Under the pieces are notes generated by a model, which made no database searches, had not been told where the DNA came from, and saw nothing but the letters and a program-made list of their open reading frames with translations. DNA of 64,000 nt from an uncultured Methanosarcinales archaeon (GTDB lineage Archaea > Nanobdellota > Nanobdellia > Woesearchaeales > ARS49): NCBI GenBank assembly GCA_964550175.1, contig CAZJXP010000001.1:322774-386773 (forward strand). The letters are read 5' to 3'. Below are positions 20,339 through 31,911 of this stretch, piece after piece. The position numbers and the translations under genes are program-made. The first letter of the stretch is position 1. Each line of letters starts with the position of its first letter.

Positions 20339-21130
20339 TTAATTACTAGGAATAATTATTGTTCCAGAAATATCTCCTTTTTTGATTTCTTCAGAACTTA
20401 TAAGCATCACACGTTTATTTGTTTCAGTTAAGAAACTTTGACATTTATTAATAAGCTCGGTTGTTTTTGCTAACAAATCAGCATTTTGAGATTGAACTAC
20501 ATTCAAATCAAGATATTGCAATTCTGCTAATGTTATTCGACTATCATGTCTATCTTTATTCATGAACAAAGAAACCACTTCGTGCGTATGTCCAAAATCA
20601 TCATATTCTACATGTTTAAATTTAAACAAGGATGGTTTTGTGTTTATCATCCCCATGATTTTAAATTTTGCAAAGTTAAATATTTGTTTAGCATTTTCTT
20701 TTAGCAACGGGTCTTCCGATTTAATATGTTTAATGGCTCTAAACCAACCCCCCTCATACTGACAAACTGGGTCAATTTGAGTTATTACTGTATTGGGAGT
20801 TAGAGTTAATTCATCTGCTTTCAAAAATAAGCAACATAAGGAAGAGCAGCAATGAACTGGCACGTATACTTGAAAGGAGGATAGATTTTCTCTCAATATG
20901 TACGCCATAATAATTGCTGTTTTAAAATCGCCACCCTCACCATGAAGTATGACCGTTAAATTTTTACTAATGCTTGACTGCATAAAATCCATAAGCCATA
21001 TTTCATCATTTTCTTGGATTTCCTTATGATGAGCATAAATTAAAAAAATAAATTCGCGACCAAGGATTAACTTTATTTCTGCCTTAACTGAATAAATTTC
21101 TTTATTCAATAAGTCTAATTTATCTTGCAT
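20339..21130 (-). CDS. SDH/ClpP-crotonase-fold serine protease-like protein (low GC)
   Basis: ILHGEGG, VYVP.HCCSS, KADEL, ITQIDP resemble the SDH-family pattern. Confidence 0.65.
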   Translation of the reverse strand: MQDKLDLLNKEIYSVKAEIKLILGREFIFLIYAHHKEIQENDEIWLMDFMQSSISKNLTVILHGEGGDFKTAIIMAYILRENLSSFQVYVPVHCCSSLCCLFLKADELTLTPNTVITQIDPVCQYEGGWFRAIKHIKSEDPLLKENAKQIFNFAKFKIMGMINTKPSLFKFKHVEYDDFGHTHEVVSLFMNKDRHDSRITLAELQYLDLNVVQSQNADLLAKTTELINKCQSFLTETNKRVMLISSEEIKKGDISGTIIIPSN

Positions 21131-21285
21131 ATTAACCTAAACGTGTCACTACATATATATTTAATGCTGCATTACAAATGATATCTAAATAACATACAAT
21201 TAATATACAGGAAGCTTTATAAATCAATTAAACCGTATAAAGTCATAATAACAGACGTACCTATCGGCAGCTGTGGAGGTGCTAT

Positions 21286-21498
21286 ATGGGCAAACAAATA
21301 AATATTCGTCTTTCGGATAAAGCAGTGAAAGAATTAGAGGACTTAAGAACTCGATTAAATTTAAGTTCGATTTCTGATGTGATTCGTGGTAGCATAGCTC
21401 TTCAAAAATTCATTGAAGATGAAAAAAGTAAGAATAAAGAAATTGTTCTAAAAGATAAACGAACTAACAAAGAACAAGTTATTGTAACCCTTAGGTAA
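21286..21498 (+). CDS. ribbon-helix-helix (CopG-like) DNA-binding protein
   Basis: QINIRLS....ELEDL......SISDVIR; GGAGGTG SD. Confidence 0.8.
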   Translation: MGKQINIRLSDKAVKELEDLRTRLNLSSISDVIRGSIALQKFIEDEKSKNKEIVLKDKRTNKEQVIVTLR

Positions 21499-21503
21499 AC
21501 CTA

Positions 21504-21767
21504 ATGCCAAAAGAAGAGTTTATTGAAATTACGGAAATTACTGACGGAAAAAAAACGCAGCACAAGTATCCAAATTTTGAACCAGAATTAAGTGTGAAAC
21601 CTCAAACAACAAAATGGTTTTTTTACACATTTAATTGGATATCACTATTGTTCTGTTTAACTTTTATTATTTTGATATTTTTGGAAAAACCGTTGCCAGA
21701 ATACTTCATTGGATTTATAGGTTCCATAATCGGATATTTCATTGCAAAAAGACCATATGAACTATAA
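21504..21767 (+). CDS. small two-TM membrane protein
   Basis: two hydrophobic C-terminal segments. Confidence 0.7.
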   Translation: MPKEEFIEITEITDGKKTQHKYPNFEPELSVKPQTTKWFFYTFNWISLLFCLTFIILIFLEKPLPEYFIGFIGSIIGYFIAKRPYEL

Positions 21768-21785
21768 TTTACGTACGAGTTATCT

Positions 21786-22313
21786 ATGCAATTCAAGAAA
21801 AAGGGAATCATTCATGTTTCCATTCAAGATATCATGCTTGAAGACGGAACTACTATTGGCGTATTTGAAGGAAATCGTGGCGCGAATCCCGATCACGATA
21901 TTCTCATTAAATATCAAGAAAAAGCAAAGCGGTTACGCACGCCAAAACACGTTCATTGGGTTATTGACTTGCTAATTAAAAAACAGCATAACCCCGAACT
22001 AACGATTAAGTTCATGACTTATTTACGAAATATGTACGATCGTGTTGAAAAGTTCACCAGTAAAGAAGATAGAGCAAAATGTATTTTGAAAGAAACGACA
22101 AAAGTAAAATTAGCGCCATTTAAGGAGCTCGATAAGTATGGTGAGTATAAAGTAGAATTCGTTGGTCATCTTATTGAACTCATGATTAAGATGGAAAAGA
22201 ACACCCCGCCAGACAAACCTGCTCGCGTGTTCAGAGAATTAATTGATGCTATGATTCAAGAAAAAGACATATTTTCAATCGTGAGCAGAGCAACTCAAAT
22301 CGGCGGCCGTTAA
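21786..22313 (+). CDS. hypothetical protein convergent with methylase
   Basis: 175-aa ORF, stop overlaps methylase stop. Confidence 0.75.
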   Translation: MQFKKKGIIHVSIQDIMLEDGTTIGVFEGNRGANPDHDILIKYQEKAKRLRTPKHVHWVIDLLIKKQHNPELTIKFMTYLRNMYDRVEKFTSKEDRAKCILKETTKVKLAPFKELDKYGEYKVEFVGHLIELMIKMEKNTPPDKPARVFRELIDAMIQEKDIFSIVSRATQIGGR

Positions 22314-23197
22314 TAATTTGTCACAACAACTTCATTAATCAGTCCGCGACCGTCACTTCTGCAATTAATCATGCGTTTTGCCTGAACCGTATGAATATTG
22401 TATTTTGAGTAGAGTTCTCGAATAAACGTCGTGTCGCTATTGCTTAACATACAGAGAACGCCCTTTTTATCTAGCTTCTTGAAGACGTCAGCGAGTGCGA
22501 GCTGTTCCTTGTCAAGGAAGTCTCCTTTTGCATATTTTGTGAAGCTGGGTTTTCTGTCAAGCGGATAGTACGGCGGATCGAAATAGACGAAATCTCCTTT
22601 CTGACATTTATCAAGAACAACTTCAAAACTGCCCGTTGAGGTCTTAAATTGCTTCAATATCTTGTTTAATTCCTGAATATTGTCTTTTTGAATTATGTTT
22701 GGATTTTTGTACTTGCCACAGGGCACGTTAAATTGTCCTTTGCTATTGACACGGTGCAAACCGTTAAAACATGTTCTATTGAGATAAACAAAACGTGCGG
22801 CACGTTCTTCCTTTGATAACGTCTTCACATCAAGCGCACGTACTTTGTAAAAATGAGCTGCTGAATGCTTTTTCTTATGTTCTGTCAACAATTTTGTTAA
22901 ACGTGTAGGATTGTCACGAACAACTTCATATGTGTCAATAAGCTCAGAATTAACATCCGAGATGAACAGTTTCTTTTCCGGAAATTGTTTCGCTAGATGG
23001 AACGCGACAATTGCACTTCCTGCGAACGGCTCAAAGTAGTTGTTGAACGATTCGGGAAAGAGAGGAATAAACTGAGCAAGAAGCTGCCGTTTGCCACCTG
23101 CCCATTTTACAATGGTTGGCGCAGTGATAACTTCTTTAACGATCGCAGTTTGCAACGGAACACCCTCTTTAATGAAGGAAGATATTGCGAGCTGCAT
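22310..23197 (-). CDS. Dam-family (D12 class) DNA adenine methyltransferase
   Basis: KWAGGKRQL, EPFAGS, YLNRTCFNGL.RVN..G.FNVP, DPPY. Confidence 0.95.
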   Translation of the reverse strand: MQLAISSFIKEGVPLQTAIVKEVITAPTIVKWAGGKRQLLAQFIPLFPESFNNYFEPFAGSAIVAFHLAKQFPEKKLFISDVNSELIDTYEVVRDNPTRLTKLLTEHKKKHSAAHFYKVRALDVKTLSKEERAARFVYLNRTCFNGLHRVNSKGQFNVPCGKYKNPNIIQKDNIQELNKILKQFKTSTGSFEVVLDKCQKGDFVYFDPPYYPLDRKPSFTKYAKGDFLDKEQLALADVFKKLDKKGVLCMLSNSDTTFIRELYSKYNIHTVQAKRMINCRSDGRGLINEVVVTNY

Positions 23198-23285
23198 ATT
23201 TTAAGCTTTGCATAAGTAGTTAAATTGGCTACGAGCCCATGTCCAGTGACAAACATTTTTAACTAACCTATAGATTATATAATCA

Positions 23286-23954
23286 ATGAGAAAAACACAA
23301 GAAAAGTTCCTCTTCTCCCCCTCCTCGCTGAACCTCCTCAAGGACTGCCCCCGTTGTTTCTGGTTGCAGTTCAACAAGGCCATCAAGCGTCCGGCAGGCA
23401 TCTTTCCATCATTACCATCAGGCATGGATCATGTTCTGAAGACTCATTTCGACCGGTACATCGGGAAAGGACTCCCATCTGAGTTGAAGAACCTTGAAGG
23501 GGTCGAACTGTTCAGCGACAAAGCCCAATTGGACCTCTGGCGGTCGAACTTCAAGGGAATACGCCTAGAAACGCCTGCGTACACGCTCCGTGGTGCGGTG
23601 GACAACCTGCTCGTGAAAGGAAAGAAACTCATTGTGCTTGATTACAAGACGCGCGGTTTCCCGCTGAAGGAAGACACGCATCACCATGCAGAAGATCAGA
23701 TGCACCTCTACAACTTTCTGCTGCGCAAGAACGGCCACGCGACCGAAGACTACTCCTATCTCCTATTCTACCATCCGAAGGAAGTGCTGGAAAACGGCGA
23801 TGTCGTCTTCAATAAGGATTTAATCAAAATTCCTGTGGACATCAAGCGTGCCAAAACCATCTTGAAAACAGCCGTGAAAACGTTAAAGGCAAAGTGTCCG
23901 AAGAAGTCTTGCGACTGGTGTCAATCACACACAAGTCGACCAAAACCAAAATAG
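23286..23954 (+). CDS. PD-(D/E)XK RecB/Cas4-like nuclease
   Basis: SPSSL...CPRC, GAVD, LDYKT, Q..Y, C-terminal Cys cluster. Confidence 0.88.
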   Translation: MRKTQEKFLFSPSSLNLLKDCPRCFWLQFNKAIKRPAGIFPSLPSGMDHVLKTHFDRYIGKGLPSELKNLEGVELFSDKAQLDLWRSNFKGIRLETPAYTLRGAVDNLLVKGKKLIVLDYKTRGFPLKEDTHHHAEDQMHLYNFLLRKNGHATEDYSYLLFYHPKEVLENGDVVFNKDLIKIPVDIKRAKTILKTAVKTLKAKCPKKSCDWCQSHTSRPKPK

Positions 23955-24473
23955 CCCTGCTATTACCGAAAAGACTGCTACTGACAAAGCAGCTATCGTT
24001 GAAATTTTGATGTCTTTTGAAACGACAAACGTGATGCCCAGTACCGAAGCGCCGAATGCCCCTGCTAGAAGAAGAATACTTAAAATCGCACCGACAATTC
24101 CCATGGATGCGAATCCACCATACTGATTAGCTAATTTACAAAGTGCATCATCCTTTATGCAACGACCTTCAGAGCACGCATTTCCATTTTGAGCACAATC
24201 TTCATTTCGCACGCACGATTCTCCCTGTGCACTTTTCTGACAATGACCTGATCGACAGCTGCCAACGGCACAATCATACGTTGAAACGCATTCTTCAAAT
24301 TCATTACTTTTTGCACAGAAACCGCCTTCACAGCGACCTGAAAGACAATCAGTCGGAATTTCGCATGATGAATGAGCGCCGACTCGACCATCACAGCCGG
24401 CGAGCATCAGCAGCATAATCGGCAAAATCCACCAATATTTTTCCATGCCCATCCCGCGACGCACGGAATGCAA
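23925..24473 (-). CDS. Cys-repeat lipoprotein with C-terminal TM helices
   Basis: LAGC lipobox, three C....DC...C..G.C repeats. Confidence 0.75.
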   Translation of the reverse strand: MHSVRRGMGMEKYWWILPIMLLMLAGCDGRVGAHSSCEIPTDCLSGRCEGGFCAKSNEFEECVSTYDCAVGSCRSGHCQKSAQGESCVRNEDCAQNGNACSEGRCIKDDALCKLANQYGGFASMGIVGAILSILLLAGAFGASVLGITFVVSKDIKISTIAALSVAVFSVIAGLFWFWSTCV

Positions 24474-24846
24474 TCCGTTAAAAGGGTTATGGACGCAAAG
24501 TACTTTGCCATATAAAAATTAAAGAAAGACAACCATTCATCTCGGCGCTTTCACCCTCCTCACCCTCATCTCAACGCAGGTGCAGAAGCGTTCAGGTTTG
24601 TTGCACATGACGCACAGCACGGGTCAGTCGCAGGTGATGCAGGTCATTCTTCCCGTGAGCAAGACACGCAGGCGATGGTTGATATTCTCGACGTGCTGCG
24701 TTCTTTATAACAACGCAAACTTAATTCCCGCAATTCTTCCGATTTTTCGGAAAAGTTTCCGGATTATCTTGAGAAACTCATATCAAGCCAAAATCATCCA
24801 CTTCACCTCATGGACTCCAAAGCCCAGAAAACCTTAAATATACATA

Positions 24847-24860
24847 CCGTGTTAATACGG
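24847..24860. promoter_or_regulatory. near-palindromic operator of TA locus
   Basis: CCGTGTTAATACGG between TATA-like CTTAAATA and antitoxin ATG. Confidence 0.5.
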
Positions 24861-24869
24861 GATACATAC

Positions 24870-25124
24870 ATGGTGCAGGCAATCATAAACATCCCGGAAC
24901 ACACGAACCAGCTTCTGAACATCGTGAAAGCGAAGTACGGACTGAAGGACAAGTCTCAGGCCATCGAGAGAATGGCGGAAGAATACGAAGAAATCGTCCT
25001 CGAGAAGCCGTTCAAGCCCGCGATGCAGAAGAAGCTTGAACGCAGGCTCGCGGACATGAAGAAGGGCATACGCACGACGCGGATGACGCAGAAAGAAGCT
25101 TTGGAATACCTGAAGGGGTTGTGA
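24870..25124 (+). CDS. antitoxin (DUF2683-like)
   Basis: MVQAIINI....NQLLNIVKAKYGLKDKSQAI; overlaps toxin start. Confidence 0.8.
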   Translation: MVQAIINIPEHTNQLLNIVKAKYGLKDKSQAIERMAEEYEEIVLEKPFKPAMQKKLERRLADMKKGIRTTRMTQKEALEYLKGL

Positions 25125-25375
25125 GCTATCATCTCGAATTCAGCGACGCTTACCAGCGGGACTTCAAGAAAATAAAGAAGAAAGACCCTGTCCGCGCGTC
25201 GCAGATCAAGCGGAAGCTTGAGGAGGTCGTTCTCGCGCCAGAACGATTCAAACCGCTTCGCAACATCTTAGCTGGATTCTATAGGCTCCATTTCGGAAGT
25301 TTCGTGTTAATATACTGCATAGAAGGGGATTGTGTGTACGTCGTTGGTATCGAACATCACGATGATGCTTACTAG
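25121..25375 (+). CDS. RelE/ParE-family toxin
   Basis: FKPLRNILAGFYRLHFGSFVLIY, EHHDDAY. Confidence 0.88.
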   Translation: MSYHLEFSDAYQRDFKKIKKKDPVRASQIKRKLEEVVLAPERFKPLRNILAGFYRLHFGSFVLIYCIEGDCVYVVGIEHHDDAY

Positions 25376-25390
25376 TTTTCTGACTTCGAC

Positions 25391-25648
25391 TCACAACTGT
25401 CTATACTGAGAAACATGCACATCAATCTCGTCCAATTTCTTCTCGACAATCGTCACGTCCTGGTGCGTCTTCGGCGTTCGAGAAACCTCGGCGACATCGT
25501 GAATTAGAGAATCAACCAACTTCTGCAAGTGGAACTCCTCAAGCAATTTCTTCAGCTCGACCAATTTCGCCGTGACCAACAGAAACTTCCCCTTCTCAAG
25601 CGCGTTGCGAATCGACGCGATCAACGAGCTCACATCTTCAATCGTCAT
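25391..25648 (-). CDS. hypothetical protein
   Basis: 85-aa helical ORF, ATGA-coupled. Confidence 0.6.
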   Translation of the reverse strand: MTIEDVSSLIASIRNALEKGKFLLVTAKLVELKKLLEEFHLQKLVDSLIHDVAEVSRTPKTHQDVTIVEKKLDEIDVHVSQYRQL

Positions 25649-25956
25649 AGGACCTTCACGGGCTTGCCGTAGATGGAGATGTAGCGTTCAACCAATTCGT
25701 TCGTCGGGGCGCGGATGACCGTCACCATCAATCCCCAGCCGAGATCGACCTTGTTCTCAATCGAGCACGCGCCGAGCTTGTACGCATTCATGGACCGGAT
25801 GCCCTGCTTCGTCTCCTCATTCAAATCCAGGCGCGACTTCAAGAGGCTGGCGTTCACATCAGCGCAGACATCCTCCAATAAGGCCATCGTTTCAATAAGC
25901 CGCTGCGTGTTGCCCTCAAGCTCCCGTTTGATCTCGTTCTGAAACCTGATTTCCAT
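25645..25956 (-). CDS. hypothetical protein
   Basis: start taken at MEIRFQ. Confidence 0.6.
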   Translation of the reverse strand: MEIRFQNEIKRELEGNTQRLIETMALLEDVCADVNASLLKSRLDLNEETKQGIRSMNAYKLGACSIENKVDLGWGLMVTVIRAPTNELVERYISIYGKPVKVL

Positions 25957-26008
25957 AACAACCACGGTGTGCGCAATCTTTAAAAAGGCTTCGACAAGCA
26001 TATTCCAT

Positions 26009-26305
26009 ATGACGCTCACGGTCAAAAAGCTCGACTACGCCGGCTACGACGGCGACTTCAGCGGCGGCTTCCTCGAAGCGCGGGTCATCACCACTGGACC
26101 GTTCGACCACTTCGTGCTTTTGAAGTACGACACGCATCCTGACCTGTTCGAGAGCCGAAGCCACTACAAAAAAATAGAATGCAAAGACAAGGACGACCTG
26201 CTGGACAAGTTCAAGCGCGCGTTCGGCGGCCACCAGTTCAAGAATTGGAAAGACACGGACGAAAACGCCGGATACTCAACGCAACAGCAGTATCTGTTCG
26301 CGTGA
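26009..26305 (+). CDS. hypothetical protein
   Basis: start MTLTVKK, TATA-like sequence upstream. Confidence 0.65.
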   Translation: MTLTVKKLDYAGYDGDFSGGFLEARVITTGPFDHFVLLKYDTHPDLFESRSHYKKIECKDKDDLLDKFKRAFGGHQFKNWKDTDENAGYSTQQQYLFA

Positions 26306-26320
26306 CGCACTCCATTTCAC

Positions 26321-26408
26321 ACTTTTTACCGGCGATATTAGAACCGTGAGCTCAATTATGATAACACTGATGGCTCTAAAGACGAAACAAAACGTGGCGG
26401 TAAAAAGC
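26321..26408. repeat. Dispersed element, full copy
   Basis: CTTTTTACCGGCG ... CGTGGCGGTAAAAAG. Confidence 0.85.
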
Positions 26409-26425
26409 TTAGCGCAGGACAACTC

Positions 26426-27406
26426 ATGAAAATCAAAACCATTCTCGGCATTGAAAGCACCGCCCACACGTTCGGCGTCGGCATCATAACGTCCAAAGGA
26501 AAGATTCTCGCGAACGCGCGAGACATGTACAAGACCAATTCCGGCGGAATGATTCCCGGAGAAGTCGTCAAGCACCACGAGAAAGTAAAGCAAATAATTC
26601 TAAACCAAGCCTTGACCGAAGCCAAACTCACTATGGAAGACATAGACTTGATCAGCTTCTCAAGAGGTCCAGGCTTCACCGCAGGAATTCTAACCGTCGG
26701 AAGAACATTCGCGTTAGAACTCGCCGAACAACACTCCTTGCCATTAGTCGGCGTCAACCATAGCATGGCCCATTTAACGATCGGCGACTTGATCTGCAAA
26801 GCCAAAGACCCCGTCTACCTCTACGTCTCCGGCCCGAACACCCAAGTCATCGCGTACGCCGGAAAACGGATGCGCATCTTCGGCGAAACTCTCGACAACG
26901 GGCTAGGAAACATATTGGACAAATTCGCGAGAGACGCAAATTTAGGCTTCCCCGGCGGACCGAAAATAGAACAATTAGCCTTGAAATCAAACCATTTCAT
27001 CGAACTCCCCTACCGAGTAAAAGGCATGGACGTCAGTTTCGCGGGAATGCTCACCAACGCCCAACATCTTTTGGCAACCGGAACCAAGATCGAAGACCTC
27101 TGCTTCTCGATGCAAGAGACTTCCTTCGCGATGCTCGCCGAAGTCGCGGAAAGAGCGATGGCCCACTGCGACAAGAAAGAACTCCTATTAATCGGCGGCG
27201 TGGCAGCCAACAAACGCTTAGGAACCATGCTCGACCAGATGTGCAAGGCAAGAAAAGCCAAGTTCCACGCCGTGCCTTTAGCCTACTCGGGCGACCAAGG
27301 CGTCATGATAGCCTGGCAAGGATTCTTAGAATTCACGCACGGCAAAATCAGCACCGGAATCTTCCCGCACGAACGCGTCGATGAAATTGAAGTTACTTGG
27401 CGTTAA
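26426..27406 (+). CDS. kae1: tRNA threonylcarbamoyltransferase Kae1
   Basis: LGIESTAHT, GVNH..AH, GETLD, GFPGGP, GGVAAN. Confidence 0.96.
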   Translation: MKIKTILGIESTAHTFGVGIITSKGKILANARDMYKTNSGGMIPGEVVKHHEKVKQIILNQALTEAKLTMEDIDLISFSRGPGFTAGILTVGRTFALELAEQHSLPLVGVNHSMAHLTIGDLICKAKDPVYLYVSGPNTQVIAYAGKRMRIFGETLDNGLGNILDKFARDANLGFPGGPKIEQLALKSNHFIELPYRVKGMDVSFAGMLTNAQHLLATGTKIEDLCFSMQETSFAMLAEVAERAMAHCDKKELLLIGGVAANKRLGTMLDQMCKARKAKFHAVPLAYSGDQGVMIAWQGFLEFTHGKISTGIFPHERVDEIEVTWR

Positions 27407-27441
27407 TTAACTTTAAATAGCCCCCGCAAGGACTTCTCAGC

Positions 27442-28611
<1,170 letters not shown>

Positions 28612-28628
28612 ACACGCCTTTCACGTTT

Positions 28629-28745
28629 CTTTTTACCGCCCCGATTCGAACCGTTGGCTTGATAAGAATGAAACTCGACGCCGTAACGCTACTTCCAATC
28701 GTGCCGGTAAAAAGTGATGTAAAGACGCATTTGCCGGTAAAAAGT
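28629..28745. repeat. Dispersed element, full copy plus extra terminus
   Basis: CTTTTTACCGCCCCGATT ... CCAATCGTGCCGGTAAAAAG, second GCCGGTAAAAAG. Confidence 0.85.
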
Positions 28746-28796
28746 TCACTCTTCCCTTCCGAAACCTTTTTGAACCCCTTTTTTCTATCGAAATCC

Positions 28797-29102
28797 ATGC
28801 CAACCGCATCCATCTGCGCACGAATCGGCGATCCCGCCATCGACGCATGCCGCAAAGCTCTCAAGGCCAGCGGCATCGACGCCGTCCTCAGCCCATACTA
28901 CGGCGACGCGAAAAGCCCGCAGTACAACGAAAACACGTTCCCCATCATCAACCACAACGGAAAGAGCTATTACGGCAAGAAAGGGCTGCAGGAACTCATC
29001 GAAACCTACAACAAGAAAATAGCCAACAGGCCCGAAACGAAAGTCATCTCTAGCATCCACGCGCCCAAAAAAGCAAATACGGAACCCTACAAGAATCTTT
29101 AA
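28797..29102 (+). CDS. hypothetical protein
   Basis: start at MPTAS; ORF-track upstream extension is repeat sequence. Confidence 0.6.
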   Translation: MPTASICARIGDPAIDACRKALKASGIDAVLSPYYGDAKSPQYNENTFPIINHNGKSYYGKKGLQELIETYNKKIANRPETKVISSIHAPKKANTEPYKNL

Positions 29103-29111
29103 GAAAAATAA

Positions 29112-29306
29112 TTACTTCTTTTTCTTCGGCTTAGCGCCCATCGTCAAGTCGTGCGCCTTCTCGTACTTGGCTTCCGCGACCGGATCCAGCGGCTCGAACA
29201 CCAAACCGCAGTCCTTGCAGACGACCTGGTCGAGCTCCTTCGACTTCACGAGGTTGTCGCTCGCGCAGTCGGGGCACTCGTTGATTTCCGATATGTTCTT
29301 TATCAT
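29112..29306 (-). CDS. TFIIB-type zinc-ribbon protein (stand-alone)
   Basis: CPDC.S.NLV.....QVVCKDCGLV. Confidence 0.8.
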   Translation of the reverse strand: MIKNISEINECPDCASDNLVKSKELDQVVCKDCGLVFEPLDPVAEAKYEKAHDLTMGAKPKKKK

Positions 29307-29392
29307 GGGGAATTTACTGCTTTGCAAACTTATAAAGATTGTGATTTAACGAAGAAGAGCATTTAAATAAAAATAAGGCACTCTGCAATAGT

Positions 29393-29773
29393 ATGGACTC
29401 TCTTCCCGCGGACCTGCGCAAGGCGTTGACCGCGAAAACGAAAACACAATGGGACGCGCTCACGGAAATCGCGCGGCGGGACTTCATCAGCTGGATAAAC
29501 GACGCCAAGCAGGCCGAAACCCGCGCGAGCCGGATAAAACGCGTGCCGTCGATGCTCGCGTCCGGGAAACGAAGACCGTGCTGCTTCGCCGTCGTTCCGA
29601 TGCATTTCTACAAGGCGCTCGGGACAAACCCGAAGGCGAAGGCGCAGTGGACGACGCTTACCGCGATGGAGAAGCGGGACTTCACCGACTGGGTCGACCA
29701 AGACAAGGAGTTACGTGATAAACGGGTTGAAGAAGCGTGTGCCAAGTTAGTTGCGAAAAAAAGAAATCCGTGA
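29393..29773 (+). CDS. YdeI/OmpD-associated family protein
   Basis: LPADL..AL, RRDFISWINDAKQAETRASRI, duplicated domain. Confidence 0.85.
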   Translation: MDSLPADLRKALTAKTKTQWDALTEIARRDFISWINDAKQAETRASRIKRVPSMLASGKRRPCCFAVVPMHFYKALGTNPKAKAQWTTLTAMEKRDFTDWVDQDKELRDKRVEEACAKLVAKKRNP

Positions 29774-29794
29774 ACGTTTGCTGACCCCTGCTAC

Positions 29795-29936
29795 CTTTTT
29801 ACAATGAGGACCTGAGGTCCTCATGTACCACAGAACCTGCTGGATTCTGTTGGTACCGCCCTGATTTGTTTCGTTAGTGCATCAATTCTAATCACAATCG
29901 AGCTCGCACTACGACAAAATTTGCCGGTAAAAAGTC
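29795..29936. repeat. Dispersed element interrupted by two hairpins
   Basis: TTTTTAC[26 nt][28 nt]CGCCCTGATTTG ... TTTGCCGGTAAAAAG. Confidence 0.8.
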
Positions 29937-29950
29937 CACTCTACTCAGAA

Positions 29951-31825
29951 CTACTTGCCCTGCAACTTCTTCAAAATCTCTTCCTTGCCAGTCCAATCCA
30001 ATGCTTCCTTCAAGACTTGCAGAATCGTTTCGACCGGGATGATCTTGATCTTCGCCAGCCGCTCTTCAGACAAAACAATGTCCTGCATGTTCGACTTCGG
30101 CACGATGACGTTGGCGATGCCCGCGTCAATCGCGGCGTCAATCTTAGCCGAAACGCCGCCAATGGGCAAGACGTCGCCGCGAACAGACAATGACCCCGTC
30201 ATCGCGTACGTCTGCTTGATCGGGACTTCCTTCAGCGCGGAAATAATCGCGGTAGCGACCGCAATCGAAGCGGAATCCCCTTCAACTCCTTCATAGGTCT
30301 GCAAAAATTGAACGTAAATGTCGTGCGACTGCTTGATGTCCTCGCCGAAGAACTTTCTGACAATAGCGGTGACGTTCAGGATGGCTTCCTTCGCGATTTC
30401 GCCAAGCTTTCCGGTCGCGACGATGGCCTTCTGCTCCTTGCCTAAAGTCACTTCCGCTTCAATCGGCAAGATGATTCCCGACAATGCCGCGCCGGAACCA
30501 ATCACGGCCAACCCGTTGACTCGTCCGACTTTCTTTCCTTCCGTAACGATGACTTCATACTCCTTCTTGCGCTCGATGAACTTGTCCGCCATCTGCTGCT
30601 CCAACGGCTTCGCGACCTTCTTCGCGGCAAGGATGTGTTCCGGCTCAACGAGCTTCGAATTATTTTCGAGCGCGATGTCGCCGGCAGCTCTAATCAATCC
30701 GCCTAATTCCCTGAATCGCAACGTGAGATGGTCCTTTCGGTTCGCCATTCGTCGAGCGACTTGAATGATAACATCAACCGAAGCCTTTGAGAAGTGAGGG
30801 ATCTTCTTGTCCTTCGCGACTTCCTGCGCGATGAACAACGCAATCTTGTCGCGCGTCTCCTGTGTATCCGGAATCGTTTCCTTCATGAACACTTCGTAAC
30901 CATAGCCTCGGATTCGTGAACGTAATGCGGGGTGAAGGTGTTGAATCGTTTCGACGTTGCCGGCCGCAATCATGACGAAGTTGCACGGGACAGGTTCTGT
31001 TCTTACCATCGCGCCAGCCGAGCGCTCCGACTGTCCCGTGATTGCGTACTTCCCTTCCTGCAGCGCGGTCAAAAGCTCTTGCTGCGTCTGCGGCTCGAGC
31101 GTGGCTATTTCGTCCACGAACAGCACGCCCATGTTGGCCTTGTGGATCATTCCCGCGACGACTCGCTCGTGAGCCGGCGTGCCTAAACCGCCGGACTGGA
31201 ACGGGTCGTGCTGAACGTCGCCCAAAAGCGCGCCGGCGTGCGTTCCCGTCGCGTCCCAGAACGGGGCGTTCTTCTTGCCGAAATTGTCCACGATAACTTT
31301 CGGGACTTCGATACGGATTCCCATGCCGGGACGCTTGGCCATGTTCATGAAGAATGAAAAGCCCGCGAGGAAAATCATGCCGCCGAGGAAAAAGGCAGCG
31401 AACATGATGTCGCTGTTGTAGTAGGAACGCGCCCACCAGGGGAGCACTAATGATAGGATGAGAATGATAATCAACAGCCAGTTCTGGCCCTTGAAGAGGT
31501 TGCTCGACTGCGCGCGGGCCTGCTGCACCAAGACGCGCCCTTGACCGGCCGGAACGGTGCGGATGATGGGCTGGTTCTCGTCATTCGCGTTCGGAAACGC
31601 GATGATGTCGACTAACTTTTCTTTTGGAAGCAATTCCGCAAGCGCGAGACCGAGCATCGACTTTCCCGTGCCGGGCTCGCCGATGAGAAGAACGTGACGT
31701 CGCTGCTGCGCGGCCTTCTTGATGATTTCGACGGCGTCCTCCTGCCCGATAACCTGGTCTATAATTGACTCAGAAACCTTCAGGTCAGCGGTCGACGTGT
31801 ACGCTTTTGCTTTTGATTTTACCAT
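29951..31825 (-). CDS. lonB: archaeal Lon protease (LonB)
   Basis: GEPGTGKS, two TM helices, [22 protein letters not shown]. Confidence 0.97.
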   Translation of the reverse strand: MVKSKAKAYTSTADLKVSESIIDQVIGQEDAVEIIKKAAQQRRHVLLIGEPGTGKSMLGLALAELLPKEKLVDIIAFPNANDENQPIIRTVPAGQGRVLVQQARAQSSNLFKGQNWLLIIILILSLVLPWWARSYYNSDIMFAAFFLGGMIFLAGFSFFMNMAKRPGMGIRIEVPKVIVDNFGKKNAPFWDATGTHAGALLGDVQHDPFQSGGLGTPAHERVVAGMIHKANMGVLFVDEIATLEPQTQQELLTALQEGKYAITGQSERSAGAMVRTEPVPCNFVMIAAGNVETIQHLHPALRSRIRGYGYEVFMKETIPDTQETRDKIALFIAQEVAKDKKIPHFSKASVDVIIQVARRMANRKDHLTLRFRELGGLIRAAGDIALENNSKLVEPEHILAAKKVAKPLEQQMADKFIERKKEYEVIVTEGKKVGRVNGLAVIGSGAALSGIILPIEAEVTLGKEQKAIVATGKLGEIAKEAILNVTAIVRKFFGEDIKQSHDIYVQFLQTYEGVEGDSASIAVATAIISALKEVPIKQTYAMTGSLSVRGDVLPIGGVSAKIDAAIDAGIANVIVPKSNMQDIVLSEERLAKIKIIPVETILQVLKEALDWTGKEEILKKLQGK

Positions 31826-31911
31826 AAACCCCGTCAGAATTACTCTCGGGATGATTTATAAAGGTTATGCATGGGGCAGTCGTGCAAAAATATTATTACT
31901 GGTGCAACTCA

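Noticed and set aside
24537..24647. Cys-rich minus-strand peptide MTCITCD*PVLCVMC... as UGA recoding
   Set aside because: Very short, TGA is a normal stop in many genes here, and no SECIS evidence; more likely a remnant or chance
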